A stretch of DNA of 64,000 nucleotides from Terriglobia bacterium. Lineage in GTDB: Bacteria; Acidobacteriota; Terriglobia; Acidiferrales; UBA7541. Positions 25,299 to 36,735 of the stretch are shown piece after piece. Position numbers and translations under genes: made by a program. The stretch is taken from positions 1,984,001 to 2,048,000 of the forward strand of contig OY968796.1 of NCBI GenBank assembly GCA_963695545.1, read 5' to 3'. The stretch's first letter is position 1. Every line of letters begins with the position of its first letter. Under the pieces are notes generated by a model that saw only the letters and a program-made list of their open reading frames with translations, was not told where the DNA came from and did not search any database.

Positions 25299-27170
25299 AT
25301 GACCGCGACACCGCAAAGCGCCACCCCCACATCGAAAATTTCCGCGCTGGCTGAGAAGGCCCGCATCCTGCGGATCCACTCGCTGCGCATGACCACCGCG
25401 GCGGGATCGGGGCATCCGACGTCGTGTCTTTCGATCGCGGAAATTATGGCGGCGATTTATTTCGACGCGATGAAATTCGATCCGAAAAATCCGTACGCGC
25501 TGGCGGGCGATCGCTTCGTGATGTCCAAGGGCCACGCCGCGCCGATCTTGTACGCCGCGCTGGCGGAAGCGGGCGTGATTCCGGTTTCGCGTTTGATGAC
25601 GCTGCGCACGCTTGACAGCGAACTCGAAGGCCATCCGACGCCGTGGATTCCCGGCGTGGATGCGGCGACGGGCTCGCTGGGACAGGGATTGTCGGTGGGC
25701 GCGGGACTTGCGATCGGCGCGAAACGCCAGGGCTCCGATGCGCACGTTTACGTGGTGATGGGCGACGGCGAAATGGCCGAAGGCAACGTGTGGGAAGCGG
25801 CGGAATTCGCGGCGCACTACGACATCGACAATTTAATTGCGATTGGCGACGTGAACGGGCTCGGCCAAAGCCAGCGCACGATGTATGACCACGACGCCGA
25901 AGTTTATCAGCGGAAATTCGAGTCCGAGGGCTGGACCGCGGGAGTGATCGATGGCCACGATTTGAATGCCGTCCTCGCGGCGCTCGCGCGCGGAAGAGCA
26001 AGCGAAGGCCGGCCGCACGCGATTCTGGCGCGCACGGAAAAGGGCCACGGCGTCAGCTTCCTCGCCGATAAGGACGGCTGGCACGGAAAGCCGCTTTCCG
26101 CCGATCAGCTGGTGAAGGCGCTGGCGGAACTCGAGCCCGTGCCGGCGATTATTCCTGACAACGGCATCTCCTGCGCGCGCAAATCGCTGCCCGTTCCGCC
26201 GGATTTTCCCGCGCCGACCGCGCTCACTTATAAATTGGGGGAATCGATCGCCACGCGTGAGGCTTACGGCACGGCGCTCGCACGGCTGGGCGAAGTGAAC
26301 GAGCAGATCATCGCCATCGACGGTGACGTGAAAAATTCCACGTTCGCCGAAACGTTTCAGAAGAGCTTCTCCGACCGGCTGATTCAAGGATTTATCGCCG
26401 AGCAAAATATGGTGAGCGTGGCCGTGGGTCTTCAGGCGCAGAATCTGGTGCCGTTCGTCGCGACGTTCGCCTGCTTCCTCTCGCGCGCGTTCGATCAGGT
26501 GCGCATGGCGGGAATCAGCCACAGCAATATCAATTTGTGCGGCTCGCACGCGGGGATTTCGATCGGCGAAGACGGGCCCTCGCAGATGGCGCTTGAAGAC
26601 ATCGCGGCATTCCGCGCGATTCCGGGCGCCGCGATTTTGTATCCGTCCGACGCGGTCGCCACGGAGAAGCTGGTCGAGGGCGCGGCGCGCCGGCCGGGAA
26701 TCGCTTACATTCGGACATCGCGGCCGAAGACGGCCGTGATCTACGGGAACGACGAGAAGTTTCCGATTCCCGGGCTCAAGGTCGTGCGGCAGAGCGCGCA
26801 AGATCGCGTCACAGTGATCGGCGCGGGCGTCACGCTGTATGAAGCGCTGAAGGCGGCCGATCAATTGAAGGGCAAGGGCGTTGCCATCCGCGTGATCGAT
26901 CTCTATTGCATCAAGCCGCTCGATACGGCGGCGCTGGTCGAAAATGTGCGCGCCACGGGCGGGCGAGTGGTCACCGTGGAGGATCACTATCCCGAGGGCG
27001 GCCTGGGCGAAGCGGTGCTTGCGGCGCTGGCGGAAGCGGGCGTCGCGGTGCAGGCCGCGCATCTAGCGGTCGATCGCGTGCCGCATTCAGGCAAAGAGGC
27101 CGAGCTGCTCGAAAAATTCGGCATTTCGGCGAGCCACGTGGTCGAAGCCGTCGAGCGTTTGACGAAGTAG
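25299..27170 (+). CDS. tkt: Transketolase
   Basis: SGHPT, SKGHA, EGHP, TGSLGQG, GDGE...N TPP motif, IAEQ and GEDGPSQ. Confidence 0.95.
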   Translation: MTATPQSATPTSKISALAEKARILRIHSLRMTTAAGSGHPTSCLSIAEIMAAIYFDAMKFDPKNPYALAGDRFVMSKGHAAPILYAALAEAGVIPVSRLMTLRTLDSELEGHPTPWIPGVDAATGSLGQGLSVGAGLAIGAKRQGSDAHVYVVMGDGEMAEGNVWEAAEFAAHYDIDNLIAIGDVNGLGQSQRTMYDHDAEVYQRKFESEGWTAGVIDGHDLNAVLAALARGRASEGRPHAILARTEKGHGVSFLADKDGWHGKPLSADQLVKALAELEPVPAIIPDNGISCARKSLPVPPDFPAPTALTYKLGESIATREAYGTALARLGEVNEQIIAIDGDVKNSTFAETFQKSFSDRLIQGFIAEQNMVSVAVGLQAQNLVPFVATFACFLSRAFDQVRMAGISHSNINLCGSHAGISIGEDGPSQMALEDIAAFRAIPGAAILYPSDAVATEKLVEGAARRPGIAYIRTSRPKTAVIYGNDEKFPIPGLKVVRQSAQDRVTVIGAGVTLYEALKAADQLKGKGVAIRVIDLYCIKPLDTAALVENVRATGGRVVTVEDHYPEGGLGEAVLAALAEAGVAVQAAHLAVDRVPHSGKEAELLEKFGISASHVVEAVERLTK

Positions 27171-27252
27171 CCCGGCATAGGCATTTAGAAGCCCACAGAG
27201 GAGCCATCGCGGCGCGGCAAAACGAATCGAAGCGCGTCGCGAAAATCAGCGC

Positions 27253-27528
27253 ATGTCGGAAAAACTTGTGTTCGTCGGCGTGATTCCCGACGTCGCCGTG
27301 ATCGGCCCCGACGAACAGATCGTATGGATTTCAAACGCGGGACATCTGAAGATCGAATTCGATCCGAACCGCTGCCCGTTCCCCTCGAACGTTTATCAAG
27401 CGCCCGCCGGCATGCACCTGCAATCCGGCGCGCCTCGCCCCGGCACCAAGCCCGGCTCGTATCGCTATCGCTTGTGGCTCAACGACCAGCCCGTCGGCGC
27501 CGGCGAAGTGATTTTGAGAGAGAAGTAG
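27253..27528 (+). CDS. Hypothetical protein (91 aa, beta-rich)
   Basis: Clean ORF with host-like codon usage after tkt. Confidence 0.6.
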   Translation: MSEKLVFVGVIPDVAVIGPDEQIVWISNAGHLKIEFDPNRCPFPSNVYQAPAGMHLQSGAPRPGTKPGSYRYRLWLNDQPVGAGEVILREK

Positions 27529-27685
27529 AAGTTCGCGAAGAATCTGCTCCCTCAATTCAGAGGTTGTGCCACTCGGCGGGCTTCGCCGAAGTTTGCCTGA
27601 TGACGAATTGGTTGTGACCAGGGTGGAGGGGAGGGTAGGATGCGCAAGCCAAGCGTCTAAACCGGAAATTCCGGAGGCACATCTT

Positions 27686-28210
27686 ATGACACTGTATTTC
27701 CTGGTTGCCACAATCGTCGTTTTCAGTTTTCACCTGGCAGGACACATCTTCGATGCAATCTCGATTATCCCCAATTGGAAGAGCGGTGAAGTCGAGGATA
27801 TGGAAAGAAACAAAGCCTTTTTTAGAGAAGGACAAATCCGATTTTTCTTTGGATTGATGATATCTTCCTGTTTCGTTGTTTCTCTTGTAACCATGATCCT
27901 GTTACTCGGAGATCGTGGTGCAGCAAGATTATTTGCAATCCTCGCTTTTGCTCTTTCCACCGCAACAAGTATTTGGACCGTTGTATATTTTGTTCCTATG
28001 AACAAATATTTTGAAGGAGGTGAGTATCAAGCCGACCGATTAAAACAGGTAGTCAGGAAATGGATAACTGCAAATCGCCTGCGATTCGTTCTGCTCACGC
28101 TTTGCCTGCTATTTTCGATACTCGCACTAACGCACTATCTGTCGCCGTTGTGCATAGGCGCCCGTTCACGAATATTGTCCGCCGGGATGCACTCTGTTCG
28201 GTTGAAATGA
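27686..28210 (+). CDS. DUF1772/anthrone-oxygenase-like membrane protein
   Basis: GGAGG RBS; IPNW, T..YFVP.N and W...N.LR motifs; markedly AT-rich. Confidence 0.7.
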   Translation: MTLYFLVATIVVFSFHLAGHIFDAISIIPNWKSGEVEDMERNKAFFREGQIRFFFGLMISSCFVVSLVTMILLLGDRGAARLFAILAFALSTATSIWTVVYFVPMNKYFEGGEYQADRLKQVVRKWITANRLRFVLLTLCLLFSILALTHYLSPLCIGARSRILSAGMHSVRLK

Positions 28211-28241
28211 GCGTCACTTCAGAGATTGCGCCGGGCCGCGC

Positions 28242-29525
28242 TTAGTTTTCTTGAACTTCCACCGACATTTGATCTGCCATCGCGTGGTCGCGCGGGAGGG
28301 ACTGGCCCGACCACAGGAGTTGCGAAGTCCACGGCGCGGGCGGGGCGCTCCAGAATTCATCCGAGGGCGGCAGGCCGAGGGGCAGCAGAGCGGCGCTGCA
28401 AAGGTAGAGGCTGCCGGTTGAAATGTAGGACTCCGCCAGAGTGGGCTGGTGGCCGCAGAAACCGATTTGCAGCCAACCGTGGGCGTCAAACGTGCCGGGG
28501 GCTTCGATCATTTTGCGAATCACGGCGGTGATCGCGCAGCGCGCTTGCGCGGGCTTTACCGGCGCGGGCAATTCGCGCATCCAGGCGATCTGCGCGAGCG
28601 CATGAAAGGCGCCGAAGCGATAGGTGGTGGAGCGGCCGAGCGAGGGAAACGAGCCGTCGGGCGCGATCAACCGCTCCAGAATTTGCGCGTAGCGTTTGGC
28701 GCGCGCGAGCTCGACGGCATATACGGATTCGTACTGGCTATCCTTTTGCTTTAGCACCGCGAGTACATCGACGAGCATCGGATGGATCACGAAACTATCG
28801 TAATAGTCCCAGTGAAAGAACGCGCCGTCGCCATACGCGCCATCGCCTTTGTACCAGCCGAGCATGCGATCGACGCAATCTTCAAGGCGACCCTTCAGCG
28901 TTTTTTCGCCGAACGTTCCCAGCGCGGCCTCAATCATCGCCGCGAAGAGCACCCAATTATTGGCGGTCGGCGTGGCGATTGCGCGGGAAGAAAGGAGTGC
29001 TTCGATAATTTGCCGCTGCACGCGCGCATCGAGCGCCTGCCAAAGCACCGCCGGCGCGCGAAGAATTCCCTGGGCCATGAAGGCCGTGTCCACAAGCGGC
29101 TGGCGGCCCTGGTTGAAATTCAGGAAGTCGGGCGAGCGAGGATCCGTTGCGGCATCCAGGCATTCCTGCGCCGTGGCCACGAAATGTTTTTGGCGCGTGA
29201 CCTCAGCCGCGTCGAGCGTTTGCGCCGCGAGCCACGGCGCGATGCCGGTGAGCGTCCGTCCGAAGGCTTCGAGGTGCGAATACGCCGCGCGAGGCGCGGG
29301 ATTCGCGATTTCAACGGGCATGTTTTTTCTTAATTCGCGTCGCGCGAGATTATCCAAAACCGGCGACGCGATTTTTTCGAGCACGTCGATCCAGTAGGCG
29401 CGGTCGTCCGCGACGGAAGCGGTGGTCGCCGGCATTTGCGCCGCGGCGATGGCAGCGGTCACATTCGTTGCGCCAGCCACGCCAAGCGCAGTCACAGATT
29501 TAAGGAAGTGTCGCCGGCTTTGCAC
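28242..29525 (-). CDS. DUF2264 family protein with Tat signal
   Basis: SRRHFLK Tat motif; LEAFGR, Q.LVD.A, NNW.LF, YKGDG.Y.DG and GRSTTYR motifs. Confidence 0.88.
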   Translation of the reverse strand: MQSRRHFLKSVTALGVAGATNVTAAIAAAQMPATTASVADDRAYWIDVLEKIASPVLDNLARRELRKNMPVEIANPAPRAAYSHLEAFGRTLTGIAPWLAAQTLDAAEVTRQKHFVATAQECLDAATDPRSPDFLNFNQGRQPLVDTAFMAQGILRAPAVLWQALDARVQRQIIEALLSSRAIATPTANNWVLFAAMIEAALGTFGEKTLKGRLEDCVDRMLGWYKGDGAYGDGAFFHWDYYDSFVIHPMLVDVLAVLKQKDSQYESVYAVELARAKRYAQILERLIAPDGSFPSLGRSTTYRFGAFHALAQIAWMRELPAPVKPAQARCAITAVIRKMIEAPGTFDAHGWLQIGFCGHQPTLAESYISTGSLYLCSAALLPLGLPPSDEFWSAPPAPWTSQLLWSGQSLPRDHAMADQMSVEVQEN

Positions 29526-29579
29526 GAGGATGATCCTACTATCGTCGCGCCGAGCGATGTGCGGATTGTTTGGCCGCGC

Positions 29580-30128
29580 TCAGTCGCCGGCGGCGATGGC
29601 GCGGACTTGGTTCAGCGATTCGGCGAGAGTGCGGCGCACAGGCGCGAGCGCGAATGCGGGCACGGGGCGATCGGGCAGGACCGCGAAGCTAGGCGAGCGG
29701 TCGGGGAACTGGGCGCGGCGGTCGGGCTCAAGGCCTTCTTCGCGCAGAAGCTCAGCCGAAAGATTCGGGTCGTCGGTGCGGTCGACTCCCCAGAACCACA
29801 GGCGTTCTTCGGATTTTTGCAGGAATTGCAGAACGCTTTCGAGCTTCTTGATGCCGCGATCGAACGTGGAAACCAGGAAATAGACGGAGAGATTCCACTC
29901 GTTTCGCGCGAATCCGGCGCGAATGCGCACGCAGTATTTCCCGTTCTGGTTCAGCTCGATCGAGCAACAATATTCGTTTCGCCCTTCGGTTCTTGCGCGC
30001 ATTGCACACCTCGCTCTGGCTCTATTCGCGCCCGGTGATCGGAGTTTCGGAGGCCTGTTTCCGCTCGCTCCCCGCCGGGCGGCGGGGAGTCCAGATCGGC
30101 CTCGTACGGCATTCGATGACGGTCCCAT
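29580..30128 (-). CDS. Hypothetical protein (start may be 30002)
   Basis: Globular C-terminal ~140 aa; only plausible ORF in the gap. Confidence 0.6.
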   Translation of the reverse strand: MGPSSNAVRGRSGLPAARRGASGNRPPKLRSPGANRARARCAMRARTEGRNEYCCSIELNQNGKYCVRIRAGFARNEWNLSVYFLVSTFDRGIKKLESVLQFLQKSEERLWFWGVDRTDDPNLSAELLREEGLEPDRRAQFPDRSPSFAVLPDRPVPAFALAPVRRTLAESLNQVRAIAAGD

Positions 30129-30346
30129 AACCTTCGGTGACGCTTTGAAGTTACGACTCGCGAAGACGATTGCTCAAACAGCACGATCAGGAATCAGGAC
30201 AAGGTCGGGAGGGCGATGTCCCTTGTTCGTGCCCCTTCTGGCTGAGGGGCAGCAACTGCGGACACAAATATGCTAGCCGAAGTCGAGGACAAAAACAACG
30301 GGGCAGAGAAATATTACTAACGCTTCTATTTTGAGCGAGTTACGAG

Positions 30347-32266
30347 CTAGCCCGGTGTGGTGAGGCGCTTCATCGCGTCGGGCATATATTTGATTTTGCC
30401 CTCTTGCTCAAGGCGCTGTTCGAGGGCGTCGCGGAAGGCATCGTAGGCGGCTTCGCGCTTGCTTTGCAGCAAATCCTGGGTGATGGATTGCTCTTGCTGG
30501 GTGAATTCGTCCTGGGTTGGGACGTCGTGCTCCACGACGCGGTAGACCACCCAATTCGCGCCAAGGAATATCGGATCGCCGGTCTGATTCACCGGCAAAT
30601 CGAAGGCCGCGGCGAGCTGCTTGGCGCTGCCGGCGTCCGGAATTTCGCCGTCGCGCGCAAACGCATCGCTGGTCTTGGCTTGCAGGTCGTCGGATTTGGC
30701 AATCGCGTCGAGCGTCTGGCCGGCCTTGCTGCGCTGCGCGATGTCCGCCGCAAGCTGCTTGGCCTGATCGACCGCCTTATCGTGGCGATAATCCTGCAGC
30801 ACGGTGTCGTGCATCTCGGCGAGAGTCGCGGGGTGCGCCGGCTGGATCTGCTTGACGCTCAGGATCACGTAGCCCGTATCGGTGTGGATCGGCGCGCTCA
30901 CGTCGTCGGCGCGCTCCTGGAGGATCTCCTGCTGCGCTTCGGGTGAGTTGATTCCGGGGAGCGTGTCGTTCGGCCCGAGCGGCTGCGATTCCTGAACCGT
31001 CAGGCCGTATTTCTTGGCGATGTCGGTCAATGGCACGCGCCCGCTGCGGCGAATGTCTTCGGCGATTTCGGAGGAGAGTTGGTCGGCGAGCGCCTGAGTC
31101 TTCTCGGTCTGCAGCGCCGCGGCGATGTCGGCCTTGACTTCGTCAAACGTTTGCGTGCGCGCCATCTGGCGCTCGATCACGTGGATGATATGAAATCCGT
31201 ATTGCGTGCGCACCAGATCCGAGATTGAGCCGACCGGAAGCGAAAAAGCGGCTTGCTCGAATTCCGGGACGGTCTGGCCGCGCACGATCCAGCCAAGATC
31301 GCCGCCCTGGTCCTTCGTGGTGTCGTCGGAATACTGCTTGGCGAGCGCCGCGAAGTCGCCGCCGTGCTTGGCTTTCTGGTCCACCATCTCGGCGGTCTTC
31401 TGGATTTCCGCAATTTCGGCGTCGGTCTTGCCGACGGTCTTGAACAAAATGTGCGCCACATGCACGCGGTCGTCGATGTGGTATTTATCGAGATTGGCCT
31501 GATAGTAGGCGCGCTCTTCGTCGTCGCTCACGGTCACGCGCGAAGCCAGGCTCGCGGGATCCAGCGTGACGTATTGCACCACGCGCTTTTCCGGCACAAC
31601 GTACTTCGCTTTATTTTTCTCGAAGTAGGCGGCCAGATCCGCGTCGCTCGGATCGATTTTGGATTGCAGGTCGTCCGGCTTGATCACGATGTATTCGATT
31701 TTTATTTTCTCGTTCTTCCAGCGAAATTCCTGCTGCACTTCTTGCGGCGTCACGCTGATGCCGTCCGTCACCAGTTGCTCGAATTTCTGCTCGACCAGAC
31801 TTTGGCGCACCAACTCCTCGAATTCCGGCACGCCCATCTGGAATCGTTCCTGCACGGCGGCGGCGTATTGGTCCATGCCCACGAAGGTATCGCCCTGAAA
31901 TGCCGTGGGCACGAGTTGCAGAATGCGATCGCGGCGATCCTCGTCGGTCACGCTTAGGCCCAGACGCTGCGCTTCCAGATCGAGCGCGTGCTGCAGCACA
32001 AGCTGCTTCAGAACTTGCTGCGCGTAAAGCGGAGCCATCGCGGCGGGCAATTGGCCCCCGCGCTCGATGCGCTCAAGCTGCTGCTGCACGTCGGTGAGCG
32101 TGATCGAACTATCGCCCACAGTGGCCACCACGTCGGCGCTGGGAGTGTCCGTGGTGCCCTGGCCCGGCACAAGATATAGCAGCATGCCAATGCCGAGGGC
32201 GCCGACCACGATTCCCAGAACGATGCGCACGCCGACTTTCCGATTGTCAAACCACTTTTTTGCCAA
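30347..32266 (-). CDS. PpiD/SurA-like membrane-anchored parvulin chaperone
   Basis: N-terminal TM, SurA-N region, HILF...FAALAKQYSDD..TKDQGGDLGW...EFE.AAF...TQYGFHII rotamase motif. Confidence 0.9.
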   Translation of the reverse strand: MAKKWFDNRKVGVRIVLGIVVGALGIGMLLYLVPGQGTTDTPSADVVATVGDSSITLTDVQQQLERIERGGQLPAAMAPLYAQQVLKQLVLQHALDLEAQRLGLSVTDEDRRDRILQLVPTAFQGDTFVGMDQYAAAVQERFQMGVPEFEELVRQSLVEQKFEQLVTDGISVTPQEVQQEFRWKNEKIKIEYIVIKPDDLQSKIDPSDADLAAYFEKNKAKYVVPEKRVVQYVTLDPASLASRVTVSDDEERAYYQANLDKYHIDDRVHVAHILFKTVGKTDAEIAEIQKTAEMVDQKAKHGGDFAALAKQYSDDTTKDQGGDLGWIVRGQTVPEFEQAAFSLPVGSISDLVRTQYGFHIIHVIERQMARTQTFDEVKADIAAALQTEKTQALADQLSSEIAEDIRRSGRVPLTDIAKKYGLTVQESQPLGPNDTLPGINSPEAQQEILQERADDVSAPIHTDTGYVILSVKQIQPAHPATLAEMHDTVLQDYRHDKAVDQAKQLAADIAQRSKAGQTLDAIAKSDDLQAKTSDAFARDGEIPDAGSAKQLAAAFDLPVNQTGDPIFLGANWVVYRVVEHDVPTQDEFTQQEQSITQDLLQSKREAAYDAFRDALEQRLEQEGKIKYMPDAMKRLTTPG

Positions 32267-32534
32267 GGGACGACTGCTCCTCAGGAAGGCTGGCGCACGC
32301 CACAGCTTAGCTTAGCTCGAAACTTCGGCCCACTTCCAACCTGCCATTATAGAGGAGTCGCGCTCGGCGGCTCAATGAGTATTCGGCCGGGATGATTTTC
32401 GGCCGGTGCGGCGCGCCGCCGGAGGTGGCGCGCACTCGATAGTGCCTGCCAGGAAAGCGCCCTCCGCGTGCTGTCTTGCGGGGTCTCGGTGCCTATGCTA
32501 CTTTCAAAACTGGCTCTAAATCAGTGTTTTTTCA

Positions 32535-33815
32535 ATGCAAATTCAACCACAAACGCCCGGGTCGCGCACGAAAATCTCACGCGTCGAGGTGTACTGGACG
32601 GCGGTCACCTACAAGACCATCGCCGTATACCTGCTGCTGATTTTCGCCGTGGTCATGGCCACGCTCTATCTGGTTTATCCAGAGTGGTACAGCGTCGCAG
32701 TGACGCGCGTCGAACGCGCCATGGGCGCCAGCGCGAAAAGCGCAGCCGCGCTTTCGCAAAACCAGGCGCGCTTCGTGAATCTTGATGGCCGCGTGCAAGT
32801 GAAGAAGGCCAATTCCGTGCAGTGGGCCGACGCCGATTATCGCGCCACGCTCGACAAGGGCGATTTGATCCAAACCGCCGCGGACGGCGCGGCGCGCATC
32901 ACCTTCATGGACGGCACGACGTTCACCGTGAAATCGAACACCCTCGTGACCGTTGAAGAGAATTCCGTCGACAGCGACAGTTCCACGCGCGTTGGCATGC
33001 ACATCAGTTCCGGCGCCGTGGATTTGACCACCGGCACGTGGCAATCGCCGCGATCGAAGGCTGAAGTTTCTTTCTCGAACGCCGTGGCTTCGGTACGTGA
33101 AGACAGCCGCGCCGCCGTGCGCAGCGATCCATCCACGCACGAAAACGAAATCACGGTCTCCAGCGGCGCCGCCGAACTTTCGCGCGGCGACGAACACGTC
33201 GAAATCGGCAAGTACGAACGCGCTACGCTGCCGGCCGAAGGCGGTCCGATCCTGACGACGAATGTGCTGGCGCCTCCCGATCTGACGGAACCCGTGAACC
33301 TGCAACCGCTGATCGACGCCGATCCGAAACACCTTTCGATTCATTTCGCGTGGACCGCGGTGCCGGATGCGGTCAGCTACGATCTGAAGATCGGTATGAC
33401 CTCGATGTTTTCACGCATCGCCGTGGACAAGATCGTGACGGGGACTTCCGCCGACGTCACCGGTCTCGACGCGGGCGATTACTATTGGAGCGTCACGGCG
33501 ACCGACTCGCACAAACATGAGAGCGAGCCGAGCGAAGCCTATAAATTCACGCTTGTGGCCGAGGGCAAGGGCCAGGACATGCTGCTCGAAGTGGACGGCA
33601 CGGAATTGCACGGCAATGTCGTCGAGATCATCGGACGCACCGATCCCGGCGCGGCGCTGATCATCGACGGTGAATCCGTGGCGGATATCGATCCCGAGGG
33701 ACGCTTCCGCTTCTTTACGCCGCCGATGGCCCGCGGCAGCCAGGTGATCACCATCACGGGACAAAACCGCCGCGGGGGAACGGGCACGACGAGAGTTCCG
33801 ATTGTAATTCCTTAG
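32535..33815 (+). CDS. Membrane-anchored FecR-like plus FN3/Ig-domain protein
   Basis: TM helix; GDLIQT..DG.A.I.F.DG FecR motif; W..V..A.SY...G.YYW.V.A FN3 motif. Confidence 0.75.
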   Translation: MQIQPQTPGSRTKISRVEVYWTAVTYKTIAVYLLLIFAVVMATLYLVYPEWYSVAVTRVERAMGASAKSAAALSQNQARFVNLDGRVQVKKANSVQWADADYRATLDKGDLIQTAADGAARITFMDGTTFTVKSNTLVTVEENSVDSDSSTRVGMHISSGAVDLTTGTWQSPRSKAEVSFSNAVASVREDSRAAVRSDPSTHENEITVSSGAAELSRGDEHVEIGKYERATLPAEGGPILTTNVLAPPDLTEPVNLQPLIDADPKHLSIHFAWTAVPDAVSYDLKIGMTSMFSRIAVDKIVTGTSADVTGLDAGDYYWSVTATDSHKHESEPSEAYKFTLVAEGKGQDMLLEVDGTELHGNVVEIIGRTDPGAALIIDGESVADIDPEGRFRFFTPPMARGSQVITITGQNRRGGTGTTRVPIVIP

Positions 33816-34964
<1,149 letters not shown>

Positions 34965-35075
34965 CTCCGGCGCGATGCGCATGGTCCAGTCCGCGCCGAA
35001 CGTGCTGTTTAGAACGAATCCCGTAACGAATGTCGTAAGCGGCGCAGAGAAGCGCGATACGATGTCCGCACTTCC

Positions 35076-36008
35076 ATGATTCCCGCTCCATCGCGCCACA
35101 AATCGCTCAAATTGCTGGGAGTCGTACTCGCGCTTCAGGTGCTGCTGCTGGCCGTGCAAATCCGCAGCGAGCGCCGCGTGCGCTTGATCCGCGTGTGGGC
35201 CGTCGAACTATTTTCGCCGATTCAGCGCGCCGGCGCGTGGAGCATTGATCTCATCAAGGGCGGCTGGGGCGGATACATCGCGCTGCATCATACGCGCCAG
35301 GAAAATCTCGAGTTGCAGAGCGAGCTCGATCAAATGCGCATGCGCAACCAGGAGCTCGAAGGCCGCGCCGACGAAGCGGATCGCTTGGGGCGCCTATTGG
35401 GATTTCGCCAGGCGCATGGCGAAGTGCCCATGCTCGCGGCGCAAGTGATCGGCGCGAGCCCCGATCCCGGCAGCCACATTCTCTATCTCAATCGAGGCTC
35501 GCGTGACGGCGTGAAGCGCGATATGGGCGTGATCACTCCAGACGGCGTGGTCGGCAAGATCTTGGCCGTTTATCCCGGCACCTCACAGGTGCTCGTTCTG
35601 AACGACAAAGATAGCGGCGTCGGCGCGCTGCTCGCCACGACGCGCACGCAAGGTCCGGTGAAAGGCATGGGCGAGCCGCTGCTTGATATGGAGTACGTGA
35701 GCGGCGATGAGAAGGTCACCGTCGGCGAAGCGGTGCTCACATCCGGGCAGGACCGCATCTTCCCCAAGGATTTGCCGGTCGGCAACGTCGTCGAAGTGCA
35801 GCCTGACCCGCACTCGCCATTCATGGTGATTCGTGTGCGCCCCGCCGCGCAATTGGATCAGCTCGAAGAGGTGCTGATTCTGCTCACGCGCCAGGATTTC
35901 AGTTTGCCGCAAGCCGATCAAGCGCCGGCCGCTGCGGCGCCGCCTGCGCCCGCGCCGGCCGCCGCATCCGGCTCGGGCGACGCGCCCGCGGCCACCACTC
36001 CTCCATAG
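35076..36008 (+). CDS. mreC: Rod shape-determining protein MreC
   Basis: TM, coiled coil, G..DGV...GVVG and TSG...IFP motifs; operon position. Confidence 0.95.
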   Translation: MIPAPSRHKSLKLLGVVLALQVLLLAVQIRSERRVRLIRVWAVELFSPIQRAGAWSIDLIKGGWGGYIALHHTRQENLELQSELDQMRMRNQELEGRADEADRLGRLLGFRQAHGEVPMLAAQVIGASPDPGSHILYLNRGSRDGVKRDMGVITPDGVVGKILAVYPGTSQVLVLNDKDSGVGALLATTRTQGPVKGMGEPLLDMEYVSGDEKVTVGEAVLTSGQDRIFPKDLPVGNVVEVQPDPHSPFMVIRVRPAAQLDQLEEVLILLTRQDFSLPQADQAPAAAAPPAPAPAAASGSGDAPAATTPP

Positions 36009-36027
36009 CGCACAGGAGCGCACTCGA

Positions 36028-36552
36028 ATGGAAGACGTCGAAATTCGCGTAAGTGCAGACCAGCACATCGAGGTGCACCGGTACGCCCCGGGCGCGATTG
36101 CGCTCACGGTTGCGGCGGCGCTGGTGCTGCAGGCATTTCTTCCCGTCCATTTCGCATGGACCAGGATGCTCGAGTTGCCGCTGCTCGTGACGATTTATTT
36201 CGCGCTGAGCCGAAGGAACGCTTCGATTGGTTTGCTGCTGGGGATGACCGTTGGCCTTTTGCAAGACGCTCTCAGCGGCACGCCCATCGGACTTTACGGT
36301 ATCGCCAAAACGCTGGTCGGTTACGCCGCCTCTTCGATCGGCGCGCGGATCGACGTCGAGCACTGGGCCAGCCGCTTCCTTCTGACCGTAGGCTTCTTTT
36401 TCTTTCACCACGCGGTGTTCGCGCTCACACGCCGCTTGCTCCTGGGCCAGCACGAGACGTACCTGACCGTGCCGTTGCTGCTCGCTGCGCTCGTCAACGG
36501 AGCAGTCGCGCTGGGATTATTTCCGTTGCTCGACCGGCTGCGAAAGTCTTGA
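36028..36552 (+). CDS. mreD: Rod shape-determining protein MreD
   Basis: Hydrophobic protein with GLLQD.LS...IG motif; operon position. Confidence 0.92.
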   Translation: MEDVEIRVSADQHIEVHRYAPGAIALTVAAALVLQAFLPVHFAWTRMLELPLLVTIYFALSRRNASIGLLLGMTVGLLQDALSGTPIGLYGIAKTLVGYAASSIGARIDVEHWASRFLLTVGFFFFHHAVFALTRRLLLGQHETYLTVPLLLAALVNGAVALGLFPLLDRLRKS

Positions 36553-36735
36553 ACCAATTTTGGTAATCGGGCGCGCCGGCGGGCGTAGCAAACCCGCGTC
36601 ACGCGCCGCCGCTGCGGTTGCACCAAGTTGGGACGGATGATACCGTGAGCACGTTGAGGCCGGTCCGCGCAGAGCGCGGTGCTTCAGCGGTGTCGGTGCG
36701 TGCGCGGTCGGGCGACGCCCCGGCGCGGAGTGCGC

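Noticed and set aside
27597..27640. CTGATGA as a hammerhead ribozyme core (also CTGATTT...GAAAC near 23357)
   Set aside because: No correctly placed GAAA and stems at the first site; the core consensus is broken at the second.
32515..32545. AT-rich stretch resembling one unit of the dispersed-element motif
   Set aside because: Single weak match without the promoter, TTCGAA boxes or G/C end; it overlaps a normal gene start.
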